Shown here piece after piece: positions 29,164 through 38,612 of a DNA stretch of 57,807 nt. A program made the position numbers and the translations under genes. Under the pieces are notes generated by a model, which was not told the DNA's origin, did not search any database, and saw only the letters and a program-made list of their open reading frames with translations. Each line of letters starts with the position of its first letter. Position 1 is the first letter of the stretch. Source of the stretch: a virus (Duplodnaviria; Caudoviricetes); the IMG/VR virus record IMGVR_UViG_3300043466_004381, positions 1-57,807 of that record; one strand, 5' to 3'.

Positions 29164-29826
29164 TTACCTCGCCATATCAATAAATTTATAGAACTCTGTA
29201 CGTGTCTTTTCATCATCCATAAAGTCACCTGTCAGCTTTGAAGTAATCATATAGCATCCTTCGTGCTTGACTCCACGATGACAAGCGCATGTATGTTGTG
29301 CTTTAACTACAACAGCTACACCACGGTTCTTTTCACATACTCTATCAATAGCTTCAGCAATTTGTTTTGTAAGCCCCTCTTGTATCTGTGGACGTCTAGC
29401 GTAAAACTCAACAATGCGATTTAACTTACTCAAACCAATTACCTTACCATCTAGAGAAGGAATATACGCAACATGTGCGACACCAGTAAACGCAAGATGA
29501 TGATGTGAGCAAAGTGATTTTACAGGAATATTGCATTGCGCAATAACACCATCATACCCATCAGTAGGAAAAGCTGTAACAGACGGTGGTTCATTATAGC
29601 AACCTGAAGCAATATCATTAACAAAAGCTTTTGCTACACGCATCGGTGTATTAGATGAATTGGGATCATTTCTCCAATCAAATCCTAGCGCGTCAAGATA
29701 CTTCTCATATGCTTTTGCGGCACGTTTAATAATAGTTTGTTTTTCCTTTTCTGTACGTGGCGCATTACCGTTAGCACTAGGCAATTTTACCACTTCACCA
29801 AACTCATGATCATCAAATTCTTCCAT
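29164..29826 (-). CDS. folE: GTP cyclohydrolase I
   Basis: [41 protein letters not shown]. Confidence 0.95.
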   Translation of the reverse strand: MEEFDDHEFGEVVKLPSANGNAPRTEKEKQTIIKRAAKAYEKYLDALGFDWRNDPNSSNTPMRVAKAFVNDIASGCYNEPPSVTAFPTDGYDGVIAQCNIPVKSLCSHHHLAFTGVAHVAYIPSLDGKVIGLSKLNRIVEFYARRPQIQEGLTKQIAEAIDRVCEKNRGVAVVVKAQHTCACHRGVKHEGCYMITSKLTGDFMDDEKTRTEFYKFIDMAR

Positions 29827-29832
29827 AAAAAA

Positions 29833-29870
29833 ATTATAATATGCTTAATTTTAAATTTCAACTATAAATA
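29833..29870. promoter_or_regulatory. Divergent promoters: sigma70-like for folE, late for the 29876 gene
   Basis: Minus: TTGAAA-N17-TATAAT-N6-ATG. Plus: TATAAATA 29863-29870, then 5 nt to the ATG. Confidence 0.75.
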
Positions 29871-29875
29871 TGTAT

Positions 29876-30838
29876 ATGCGTAAATTTTCACAGGCTGAAT
29901 TATTAAATGAAGCATTTCCAGATTTGTTAAAAGGCGCTGTAAAGCTTGCAGGTAGAGGTGCTTTATCAGCAGGTAAGGGTATAGCTAAGACTATTTCACC
30001 AACAGGATATAATATGGTCAAACAGGCAGGCGAAGCAGCAGGAAAAGCTGTTGCAGGTGTTGCACTTGAGGATCCAATAAATGTATTAAGATCAATGCTA
30101 GCATCTTCTGAAGGTAAAAAAACAATACAAAACGGTAAAATTGGAGCGGAAAAAAAACTTAATGGTGGCTATAGGCAAGTAGAGTTAACAGGTGAATGGA
30201 TTAGTGATCCTACACAACCTCCTACAGCATTTAGTACAAGTGTATTTTTAGTTAAAAATAATAAAAACGAGTGGACTTTCGCTGGGGGATTTGATACAGA
30301 TGGAAATTTTATTTTTAATAATAAAGCAACAAGAAATAGAAATACAACAACAGTCCCTATGGCAGCACAAGCAGCAACACCTCCTGCAGCACAAGCAGCA
30401 ACACCTCCTGCAGCACAAGCAGCAACACCTCCTGCAGCACAAGCGGCAACACCTCCCGCAGCACAAGCGGCAACACCTCCTGCAGCACAAGCAGCAGCAC
30501 CTCCCGCAGCACAAGCGGCAACACCTCCTGCAGCACAAGCAGCAGCACAAGCGGCAACACCTCCTGCAGCACAAGCAGCAACACCTCCAAATAACCAGCA
30601 GGCTAATACAGAAATAGGTACGAAGGTAAAGTGGCAAACAGCAAGAGGTAACGTTCGCGAAGGCGAAATTATTGAAAATGATCCAAGTAAAAACATTGAT
30701 CCTGCAACGCATATTTCTATTCAAGAGCCAGATGGTAAGGTTAATATTGTAAGAAAAGATAAGGTTATTAAAGAAAGTATGACACACATAAATCTTATTG
30801 AAAGTACGAAATTGGAAAATATTTTTAAGTTTAAATAA
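29876..30838 (+). CDS. Late protein with AAQAATPP repeat linker and C-terminal SH3/Tudor-like domain
   Basis: MRKFSQAELLNE N-terminus; repeat; IGTKVKW...REGEII...NIVRKDKV. Confidence 0.65.
   Translation: MRKFSQAELLNEAFPDLLKGAVKLAGRGALSAGKGIAKTISPTGYNMVKQAGEAAGKAVAGVALEDPINVLRSMLASSEGKKTIQNGKIGAEKKLNGGYRQVELTGEWISDPTQPPTAFSTSVFLVKNNKNEWTFAGGFDTDGNFIFNNKATRNRNTTTVPMAAQAATPPAAQAATPPAAQAATPPAAQAATPPAAQAATPPAAQAAAPPAAQAATPPAAQAAAQAATPPAAQAATPPNNQQANTEIGTKVKWQTARGNVREGEIIENDPSKNIDPATHISIQEPDGKVNIVRKDKVIKESMTHINLIESTKLENIFKFK
30362..30589 (+). repeat. Coding 24-bp tandem repeat, about 9.5 copies
   Basis: gcagcacaagc(a/g)gcaacacctcc(t/c) encoding AAQAATPP, with one half unit. Confidence 0.95.
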
Positions 30839-30842
30839 AAAT

Positions 30843-30933
30843 TTCCCGAATCCACTTGCAATCGTGGTCTCGGATGAATAAGTGGATTGTAGAGACCTGT
30901 ACGGAAGAGTTTATTTTAACTCACAAAAATAAA
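30843..30933. ncRNA. Candidate structured RNA (pseudoknot) of unknown family
   Basis: aatccactt 30849-30857 pairs with aagtggatt 30880-30888. Loop ggtctc 30866-30871 pairs with gagacc 30892-30897. GC-richer than other intergenic DNA. Confidence 0.45.
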
Positions 30934-30935
30934 AG

Positions 30936-30964
30936 TTGATATTTTCTGTTTATTACTTTATAAT
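30936..30964 (+). promoter_or_regulatory. Sigma70-like promoter of queD
   Basis: TTGATA-N17-TATAAT-N6-ATG. Confidence 0.75.
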
Positions 30965-30970
30965 ATTTTT

Positions 30971-31621
30971 ATGAGTAAATATCAAAGTACGAAAATCATC
31001 GAACTTGGCTCTTGTTCATTTAGACAATGGAGAGCAACACATTCACACTGTAGATTCTTACATGGTTATCAGCTCAAAGCTAAACTCTGGTTCGGCGCAT
31101 CGTCACTTGATGATAAAAACTGGTGTGTAGATTTCGGTGGTCTGAAAGAATTAAAAGCAAAGCTACAACACGTCTTCGATCACACAACTACCGTAGCAGC
31201 AGATGACCCTGAGCTCGAGACATTTAAAGATCTAGATAGACGTGGTATTATACAATTACGTATCCTCGAAAAAGGCGTCGGTGTAGAGCGTGTTGCTGAA
31301 ACAGTATGCAGTATTGCTGATAGCTATATTAAATCACTTACAAATAATAGATGTTGGGTCGAAAAGGTTGAAGTATTTGAACATGAAGAAAACTCAGCAA
31401 TATTTACAACGCAGGGTACTTCTACCTCCGTTAGTACAAAAAGCAATACATTAACTACTTCAAATAGTGTGCTTAATAAAGACGACGATATGTCTGCATC
31501 TTGCGAAGAAGATGTAGCAATTTGTTCAGGTATTCCTCTTATTAAAGATAATGCAGCACATGTAGGGTCAAATACTTCAGAGGGGAAAGGTAATTGGTTC
31601 GCTGGTACCACCTGGGGTTAA
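30971..31621 (+). CDS. queD: 6-carboxytetrahydropterin synthase QueD-like with C-terminal extension
   Basis: HSHCRFLHGY, VDFGGLK, FDHT, GVE..AE, VEVFEHEENSA. Confidence 0.9.
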   Translation: MSKYQSTKIIELGSCSFRQWRATHSHCRFLHGYQLKAKLWFGASSLDDKNWCVDFGGLKELKAKLQHVFDHTTTVAADDPELETFKDLDRRGIIQLRILEKGVGVERVAETVCSIADSYIKSLTNNRCWVEKVEVFEHEENSAIFTTQGTSTSVSTKSNTLTTSNSVLNKDDDMSASCEEDVAICSGIPLIKDNAAHVGSNTSEGKGNWFAGTTWG

Positions 31622-32367
31622 TGTTTCGCTTCTAAAACATCGACAATAAATCGTAAGATTTTACTTCTTACGATTTCTGTTTCACCAAACTTAAATGCGT
31701 AGATTTTATTATCTACGCATTTTTCATTATTAAAGCGCTTAAATATTTCTTCATATCCAGAAGCTTTCCCGATATCTGACTGCTTTAAATCGCCACAAAC
31801 AATATATTTTGTATTTTTACCAAATCGGGTTAATATTGTTACAAGCTCTCCCTTTGTTAGGTTTTGCGCTTCGTCAACTATAACCACAGAATCGTTAAAG
31901 GTTAAACCACGTACGAAGTTTACAGGTACGGCATGTATAATATTATTTGTTTGTAGTAATCCACAGGTACCATCATCAGTAACTTCTCTAACCTTTTCGA
32001 TCAAAGGCATTGCATATGGTAAAAACTTATCATCTACTTCACCAGGAAGTGCGCCAATAGACCTTGATGCGGACTCGATAACAGATCTAATATAGGTAAT
32101 ACCTCTCGTCTTTTGATCCTTTATTAATTCCAATCCAGCAAGTACAGCAATATACGATTTAGCGCTACCCGCTGGTCCATCAACAAACACCATGTTCGTT
32201 TCTTCATGCTTTATACATTCATAAAACGCCTTGTGATTAGTGTTGAAGTAGAAGGGCTTTTTAATTTTAAAATTAAAAAGCCAGTTTTTTTGGATAGAAT
32301 CTTCGATATCTACTAATTCATCCAAACCTGCATTTTTACGCTTACGCGTAGTGGACTTGTGAGTCAT
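31618..32367 (-). CDS. phoH: PhoH family ATPase
   Basis: GPAGSAKS, GALPG, FVRGLTF, VDEAQN, LTRFG, GDLKQSD, IVRS. Preceded by AATAAATA. Confidence 0.95.
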   Translation of the reverse strand: MTHKSTTRKRKNAGLDELVDIEDSIQKNWLFNFKIKKPFYFNTNHKAFYECIKHEETNMVFVDGPAGSAKSYIAVLAGLELIKDQKTRGITYIRSVIESASRSIGALPGEVDDKFLPYAMPLIEKVREVTDDGTCGLLQTNNIIHAVPVNFVRGLTFNDSVVIVDEAQNLTKGELVTILTRFGKNTKYIVCGDLKQSDIGKASGYEEIFKRFNNEKCVDNKIYAFKFGETEIVRSKILRFIVDVLEAKH

Positions 32368-32428
32368 GCATTAGTATTTATTCAAAAACACTTGATTCTA
32401 TTAGGAACTATGTCATAATATAAAGTAT

Positions 32429-33190
32429 ATGAGCGTAAACTGTGATACGGAAACTATCTTTTTAAGTGATGATCTTATCTTTTATACTCTTGAAGGCGAA
32501 GGTGAATATATTGGCCAACCATCTGTTTTTATGAGAATGTCTATGTGTAATCTTACATGCGTAGGATTTGCATCAGAGGATTCCCCTAATGGTTGTGACT
32601 CGTTTATCTCATGGTCAGTAAAGAATAAAAAGACTTTTAATGAAATCTTTGATCTCATGGAGACGGGTAATCACGTTACACATTTACGTGAAGGTGCTAT
32701 CTGGAAGCTCACAGGTGGTGAGCCTATGATTCAACAGAAACAATTGCTTAAGTTTGTTGAAGCATTTAGAGATCGGTACAATTTTACACCGCGAATTGAC
32801 TTTGAAACTAATGCTACGTTAATGCCAGATGAGCGTTGGGTTACAGAGTTTAATGCTACATTCACCACCTCACCTAAGCTTACAACGAACGGCGATCCGG
32901 AAGAAAAGACATATAAACCTGAGGTACTTAAGTGGCATAAAGATCATAACTCTGGTTTCAAGTTTGTAATTAGCAGATCTGAAGACATTGAAGAAATCTG
33001 GCGTAAGTATGTAAATGATAAGGCGGATATTAACGTACCGCTTAGTCGTGTATGGTTTATGCCATGCTGCGGATCACGCGAAGAACATATTGAGAAAGCT
33101 CTAGCTGTTGCTGAATATGCTAAAGCAATGCATGTTAATTTTAGTCCAAGACTTCACTTGCTTCTCTGGAACATGGCGCTTAAAGTCTAA
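32429..33190 (+). CDS. queE: 7-carboxy-7-deazaguanine synthase QueE (radical SAM)
   Basis: FYTLEGEG..IGQPSVFMR, CNLTC-x11-CDS, TGGEP, FETN, SPKL, FKFV, SPRLH. Confidence 0.92.
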   Translation: MSVNCDTETIFLSDDLIFYTLEGEGEYIGQPSVFMRMSMCNLTCVGFASEDSPNGCDSFISWSVKNKKTFNEIFDLMETGNHVTHLREGAIWKLTGGEPMIQQKQLLKFVEAFRDRYNFTPRIDFETNATLMPDERWVTEFNATFTTSPKLTTNGDPEEKTYKPEVLKWHKDHNSGFKFVISRSEDIEEIWRKYVNDKADINVPLSRVWFMPCCGSREEHIEKALAVAEYAKAMHVNFSPRLHLLLWNMALKV

Positions 33191-33792
33191 TGAAAACATA
33201 CAAGACCTTAGTACTAAATAAGTATTATTTTCCTGTTGCTGTAGAAGGTGTTCAAAAAACATTCGGCAATATCTTTTCCGGTGCAGTAATACCTTTGGAT
33301 ATTACTTACGAAGAAGGAGATGATGCTAGCGTTAATTTAGAAAACATTGAATATTTTACAACAGTACCGCATGTAAGTGATTGGTTATCACTCCCTATAC
33401 GACCATATGATGATTATTTACATACAGCTCGCGGACCTGTGAGAGTGCCACAAGTGGTAATATGTACGAACTTTGATAGAGTTATTTTTAATCGCGTGCA
33501 GTTTCCTACCAAACATAACATTTATAAACGCGATAATTACACATGCGTCTACACAGGTAAAAAGCTCACAAAAGAGCAGTTAAGTGTTGATCATGTTGTA
33601 CCTAGAAGTAAAGGTGGTAAAGATACATGGGAGAATCTTGTTACATGTGATCGCTTACTTAACTCTAAAAAAAGTAATAAGTATTTAAGCGAAGTGGGAT
33701 TAAAGCTTAGATACAGACCATATAGACCTAATAATGGTCTTACGTTCGATATCTATAAAGATGAGTGGTCATCATTCTTAAAAAATTGCTAA
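33190..33792 (+). CDS. HNH endonuclease
   Basis: RDNYTCVYTG...DHVVPRSKGGKDTWENLVTC...NSKK. Confidence 0.9.
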   Translation: MKTYKTLVLNKYYFPVAVEGVQKTFGNIFSGAVIPLDITYEEGDDASVNLENIEYFTTVPHVSDWLSLPIRPYDDYLHTARGPVRVPQVVICTNFDRVIFNRVQFPTKHNIYKRDNYTCVYTGKKLTKEQLSVDHVVPRSKGGKDTWENLVTCDRLLNSKKSNKYLSEVGLKLRYRPYRPNNGLTFDIYKDEWSSFLKNC

Positions 33793-33796
33793 AAAT

Positions 33797-34231
33797 ATGG
33801 AGAAAAAAACTGTTAATTATGACTATGTTTCGTTTATTGTAGATCTTTTAGAACAACGTGTTAGAAAAGATTATGATTTTATTGTAGGAGTTGGAAGAGG
33901 AGGACTTATACCTGCAACAATGTTAGCATATAAACTTAAAAAGAAAGTAATCGCTTTCGGTATTAACACGTATGATGATACAATTCAGACAGACAAATAC
34001 GTTATATATCAACCTATAATAATTCCTACAAAGCCATCAAAAGTGCTAGTTGTAGATGATATATGTGATACCGGTAATACGTTTAATATAATACGAGACA
34101 TTTATTCAAAAGAGAAACATCTCTCGTTCGAGTTTGCATCTCTTTTTGTAAAGGATAGTAAATCGCATCTTGTTGATTATTATGGACTATCTGTCTCAGA
34201 TGGAATATGGCTTGATTTTCCTTGGGAATAA
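33797..34231 (+). CDS. Type I phosphoribosyltransferase (xanthine/guanine PRT-like)
   Basis: GVGRGGLIPA, PRPP loop VLVVDDICDTGNT, C-terminal WLDFPWE. Confidence 0.9.
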   Translation: MEKKTVNYDYVSFIVDLLEQRVRKDYDFIVGVGRGGLIPATMLAYKLKKKVIAFGINTYDDTIQTDKYVIYQPIIIPTKPSKVLVVDDICDTGNTFNIIRDIYSKEKHLSFEFASLFVKDSKSHLVDYYGLSVSDGIWLDFPWE

Positions 34232-34267
34232 AAATTGATTATTAACAACTTCAACCTATATAATAAC

Positions 34268-34996
34268 ATGCGCATTGCTTTTTCAGGTACAGCCAACACT
34301 GGTAAGACGACACTAATTAAAAACTTTTTAGCTGTCTGGTCACAATATATAACGCCAGAAAAGACATATCGCGACGTTATAAAGGAAAAGAACCTTCCGC
34401 ATTCATCTCTAACTACCACAGAAACGCAATGGGAGATTCTCAATTTAATGATCGATCAACTACATTCTTATGACAAAAGTTCTAAGGTTGTCTTTGATAG
34501 ATGTCCATTAGATAACTTAGCTTATACAATGTGGGCATATGGCAAAGGCGTTGACGGTTTTGATAAAGAATATGTAGATAAATGCGTTGCACTGACAAAA
34601 GAATCAATGCGTCACATTGATATAATATTTTTACTTAACTACGACGAGACAATAAAAATTATTGATGGTGAATTACGTGATGTAAATCATGCGTTTATTA
34701 GAGAAATAGATAATATCTTTGCTGCTTTATACGAACAATATTATCAAAATCCTGAAGCAGATGTATTCTTTCCGAAACATGACTCACCGGGCATAATACC
34801 ACTCCCAACAAATCCACAACGTAGAATTGATATAATCTCTGAATATCTAACCCCTCAAGGTGATATTTACGGTAATGAGCATTCGCTTTTTAATCCTGAT
34901 AAATTAAACGAGCTTGAAGCTCTTGTAAGACAGCAAAAAGCAGCCCTAGATCAAGAAAATCGCGAAAAAGATCTCTATAAAAAGTTCGGACTTTAA
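34268..34996 (+). CDS. P-loop nucleoside-monophosphate kinase-like protein
   Basis: MRIAFSGTANTGKTT, FDRCPLDNLAY, DIIF..., DGELRD. Start reassigned to 34268. Confidence 0.8.
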   Translation: MRIAFSGTANTGKTTLIKNFLAVWSQYITPEKTYRDVIKEKNLPHSSLTTTETQWEILNLMIDQLHSYDKSSKVVFDRCPLDNLAYTMWAYGKGVDGFDKEYVDKCVALTKESMRHIDIIFLLNYDETIKIIDGELRDVNHAFIREIDNIFAALYEQYYQNPEADVFFPKHDSPGIIPLPTNPQRRIDIISEYLTPQGDIYGNEHSLFNPDKLNELEALVRQQKAALDQENREKDLYKKFGL

Positions 34997-35610
34997 ATAG
35001 TAGTAATACGAACCCAGCCACGCGTAAATGGTTGCCCGGAGAGCGCTTCAGTACCAGATATCGGTATTACAGTAACAGAATTTGTTGTTGCATCACGAAC
35101 CCTGAGATTTATTGCAATATCGTCTTTGTAATAACCACTAGTACTTACACAGTAGTTATCATCGGCAAAATTCGTAATATATTGAAGCTGTATTGAACCA
35201 TCATTATTAATAGAGCGAGGTTCATTTGAAAAGGAATTCATATTATTGCTCTTTAAAACAATAAACTCTGTACCATTACTAGATATTGTTGCAAAGGTTG
35301 CATCAGTTACTGTAAGAGACGATACAGCTTGTATTTGTGCTTCAAGATATACTTTTTGTGTATCTTGTAAAGTACTCAAAGTATTAACATTTGTTATAAG
35401 ATCTGTACTTAACGTAAGCGTAGTTGTAGATAAATCTCTAATAAGTTGTATAAAGGTAGTATTTTCTGGTGTAATTAAAAAATTACGAAAATCCATAATA
35501 CTTGTACCTAGAGATGTTTCCACAATAAGGAAATCACCATTATTAATATCTGTAACAACGGGTAGATCTTTTATATTAACAGCAAGCCTGTTACCACATG
35601 CAGTAGCCAT
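34993..35610 (-). CDS. Late structural (fibre/baseplate-associated) protein
   Basis: AATAAATA 35616-35623 lies 5 nt before the ATG. NIKDLP...GDFLIV motif; T/S-rich beta-rich C-terminus. Confidence 0.5.
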   Translation of the reverse strand: MATACGNRLAVNIKDLPVVTDINNGDFLIVETSLGTSIMDFRNFLITPENTTFIQLIRDLSTTTLTLSTDLITNVNTLSTLQDTQKVYLEAQIQAVSSLTVTDATFATISSNGTEFIVLKSNNMNSFSNEPRSINNDGSIQLQYITNFADDNYCVSTSGYYKDDIAINLRVRDATTNSVTVIPISGTEALSGQPFTRGWVRITTI

Positions 35611-35662
35611 ATAGTTATTTATTAGCGACTTGATTTTTTGGAATAAAAAATATAATTATTGT

Positions 35663-36520
35663 ATGAATATTGGTGTAGGTGTGGTTACTCGTAATAGACC
35701 TAAACATCTAAAGAATCTTCTATATTCTTTGGTACAATGCAAGTCAGATATAAATGAGTTAATTGTTGTAAACGATGGCGAACAGATTGACGATTTAAAG
35801 CATTTTAACACATCAAACCTAGATATTACGTGGGTGCAGAATCCTAAAAATATAGGGGTAGGTAAATCAAAGAACAAAGCTATGCAGCATCTTCTAGATA
35901 AAGGATGTGATTATATTTTTATTTTAGAAGACGATATTGAAATTACTAATAGCGATATTTTTAATAATTACATAAAAGCGAGTAAAATTACAGGTATACA
36001 GCATTTTAATTTTGGACCTGGTACACCCTTTAACAGAACACAAAATATTACACGATACGATCTACACAATAGACATCTATTAAGTAACATATCTAAACCT
36101 AACCCTAAAATAACAATACAATACTCATCTGATGTATCGATTGATTTATATGAGCATATTGCTGGGGTTTTTAGCTTCTTTACTAGAGAGATATTACTCG
36201 CAGTAGGGCTACACGATGATATATTCTTTAATGCGTGGGAGCACGTCGATCACACTTATCGGATAATTAAAGCAAACGGACATCCTGCTTTTTGGTGGTT
36301 TGCAGATATAACCGATAGCTCTACCATGATTACTATACCTAGCGATGCTATAGATACCAGCGTAACATCAAAAAATACAGATGAATGGTACGATACTGTT
36401 AACATCGGTCGTGAAGCATACAGGAAAAAGCACGGATTCTATCCAAATATGTGCCCGCTAGATACAAAACAAACAATCATCCAACAACTAAAGGAAATAA
36501 AAAATAAATGGAAGATCTAA
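35663..36520 (+). CDS. GT2 glycosyltransferase
   Basis: VVTRNR, VVNDG, NIGVGKSKN, ILEDD, WEHVD. Start reassigned after TTGATT-N15-TATAAT-N6. Confidence 0.88.
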   Translation: MNIGVGVVTRNRPKHLKNLLYSLVQCKSDINELIVVNDGEQIDDLKHFNTSNLDITWVQNPKNIGVGKSKNKAMQHLLDKGCDYIFILEDDIEITNSDIFNNYIKASKITGIQHFNFGPGTPFNRTQNITRYDLHNRHLLSNISKPNPKITIQYSSDVSIDLYEHIAGVFSFFTREILLAVGLHDDIFFNAWEHVDHTYRIIKANGHPAFWWFADITDSSTMITIPSDAIDTSVTSKNTDEWYDTVNIGREAYRKKHGFYPNMCPLDTKQTIIQQLKEIKNKWKI

Positions 36521-37923
36521 CATTAATTACATGCTCATACAATACACCTGACATAACACTTACAATGTTAAGATCGTGGATAGCTTCTCACGATATAACG
36601 CAACGAATAATCTTATGCGATAACTCTACAAACGATGAAACAAGTAATTTATTAAAGTTACATAACATACCGTTTATTGCATCTACTGGAGCAAGTCATG
36701 GTGAAGGTATTAATTACGCATTAAATCTATGCACAACAAAGTATGCTCTTCTTGTTGATACAGATGTTGTTTTTCTAAAAAATCATAGCGATATTTTTAA
36801 GCAATTTAAAGATATGGATCTCACCTTAATGGGTAAAATTGAAGGTGATAGAGGCGGTAAGTCTATACACAAACGCGTCAATCCTTGGCACTGTTTTATT
36901 AACGTTGAGGATATCAAAAAACATAATATTACCTTTTTTGATAGTGAAAGAATGAGAGAAAGCTTTTCTACAAATAAAATTTATGATATTGGATCAACGT
37001 TTTTAGAAGATATAAAAAAACACAATTTAAAAGTTGGTGATATAGATCTTCAAAATAAATTGTTTATTCACTTCGAAGGAATGAGCTGGTATAAAAATAA
37101 ATTTGACGATACCAAAGAAGATACAGGTATTGATTTTGGCGGCACCCACAACAACCCTGCATATTTACAAGCTTATAATTATAAGTATAACATCTACAAA
37201 AAATACGAACAGCAGTATAGAGATTATATAATAACTGACAAATTTATTTGTAAGGAGCCCAAACTACTAATAAAATTTCCAACAAGAAATAGAGTTAATA
37301 AATTTTTTGCAACACTTGACAAATATTATGAATTACTTTCGAATAAGCGCGAGGTTGAGTTTCTTATTACGTGTGATTTAGATGATGAAACTATGAACAA
37401 CTCTGTAGTAAGAGAGAGGTTAAAGCTGTATAAAAATCTTAATGTAGAATATAGTAATAATAAAAATAAAGTTGAAGCTATTAACTCTGGTATTAAAAAT
37501 CGAAATTTTGAAATTTTATTATTAGCTTCTGACGATATGATACCCATAATTAAAGATTTCGATTCTAAAATTATTACTGATATGTGTAATAATTTTCCAG
37601 ACTTTGATGGCGTTCTTTGGTACAATGACGGGGTACAGCGTAATAGACTTAATACCCTTTGCATTTTAGGTAAAAAATATTACAATCGATTTGGTTATAT
37701 TTATAACCCTGAGTACAAGTCACTATGGTGTGATATGGAATTTACACAAGTTGGTAACATACTCGATAAACAAAAATACTTTGACGAAATTATTATTAAA
37801 CACGCACACCATACAACTTTAAATGAAGAAATGGACGAGTTATATTTAAAAAACGAAACCTATGAAACAGTAGATAAAGATACTTTTTTAAGAAGACAAA
37901 AAACTTATTTTAATTTAAAATGA
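36508..37923 (+). CDS. Two-domain GT-A glycosyltransferase
   Basis: Domain 1: CSYNT, CDNS, VDTDV, YDIGS. Domain 2: KFPTRNR, ASDDM, SLWCDMEF. Confidence 0.85.
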   Translation: MEDLTLITCSYNTPDITLTMLRSWIASHDITQRIILCDNSTNDETSNLLKLHNIPFIASTGASHGEGINYALNLCTTKYALLVDTDVVFLKNHSDIFKQFKDMDLTLMGKIEGDRGGKSIHKRVNPWHCFINVEDIKKHNITFFDSERMRESFSTNKIYDIGSTFLEDIKKHNLKVGDIDLQNKLFIHFEGMSWYKNKFDDTKEDTGIDFGGTHNNPAYLQAYNYKYNIYKKYEQQYRDYIITDKFICKEPKLLIKFPTRNRVNKFFATLDKYYELLSNKREVEFLITCDLDDETMNNSVVRERLKLYKNLNVEYSNNKNKVEAINSGIKNRNFEILLLASDDMIPIIKDFDSKIITDMCNNFPDFDGVLWYNDGVQRNRLNTLCILGKKYYNRFGYIYNPEYKSLWCDMEFTQVGNILDKQKYFDEIIIKHAHHTTLNEEMDELYLKNETYETVDKDTFLRRQKTYFNLK

Positions 37924-38612
37924 AAATAAAAGCATTTACATTATTTACTGATTCACATAAACGGTTCTTAACAGATTATTTTATCCCTACTTTTCCGTAT
38001 CGTGAAGAGATAGAACTTACAATATTACACCGCTCACAACACTGTAAAACAGCTAGCTTTGAAACTGAGGGATGGCGTGATACAATGCGCGATAAAGTAA
38101 ATTGTTTTATTGAAGGTATAGAAAAATGTACCGAAGAAGAGATCTTTATGTTTATAGATCCTGATATTCAATTCTTCGGAGACTTTTACGATGATATTAT
38201 TAATAGCATAAAAAATAAAGATGCTGTTTTTCAAAATGATGTTATCGGAGGAGTGAATACAGGGTTTTTCGCTGTTAAAAACAATAAAAAAGTCCGATCT
38301 TTCTTTAAGACTATTTTAGGTAATTTAGACTCGTTTAGTCAGGAGCAAGTATTAGCAAATCACTTACTTGCTAATAGTAGTCAGTTTCCTTCAATCGCTA
38401 TAGATTGGTCATTTTTACCTTCAAAATACTGGACATATGGTCATATAGCTGCACTACCCGGTAAAAAGTCAAACCCATACCGTGGCAGTTGGACGCCTGA
38501 AGCTGATGATTTTAATGTACCGTCTAATATCATCATACATCATGCTAACTGGACAGCAGGTATTGAAAATAAAATTAAATTACTTAATATTGTTAGAGAT
38601 AAACTTAAATGA
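37920..38612 (+). CDS. Nucleotide-diphospho-sugar transferase (GT77-like)
   Basis: FIDPDIQF, VFQND, NTGFF, EQ..AN, HHANW. Confidence 0.8.
   Translation: MKIKAFTLFTDSHKRFLTDYFIPTFPYREEIELTILHRSQHCKTASFETEGWRDTMRDKVNCFIEGIEKCTEEEIFMFIDPDIQFFGDFYDDIINSIKNKDAVFQNDVIGGVNTGFFAVKNNKKVRSFFKTILGNLDSFSQEQVLANHLLANSSQFPSIAIDWSFLPSKYWTYGHIAALPGKKSNPYRGSWTPEADDFNVPSNIIIHHANWTAGIENKIKLLNIVRDKLK

Noticed and set aside
30362-30589. CRISPR-like array
   Set aside because: Units are contiguous with no unique spacers, and they are in-frame coding repeats.
30169-30787. Cys-rich, Gln/His-rich and Leu/Val-rich ORFs in other frames
   Set aside because: By-products of the stop-free 24-bp repeat.
30843-30970. preQ1-I riboswitch, or hammerhead/HDV ribozyme, upstream of queD
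   Set aside because: Consensus cores not found by eye (no intact CUGANGA/GAAA pair, no room for HDV P3/L3); kept only as an unknown structured RNA.
29164-33190. folE/queD as folate or pterin auxiliary metabolism
   Set aside because: Co-presence of queE and queC points to 7-deazaguanine synthesis; no folB/folK/folP seen.
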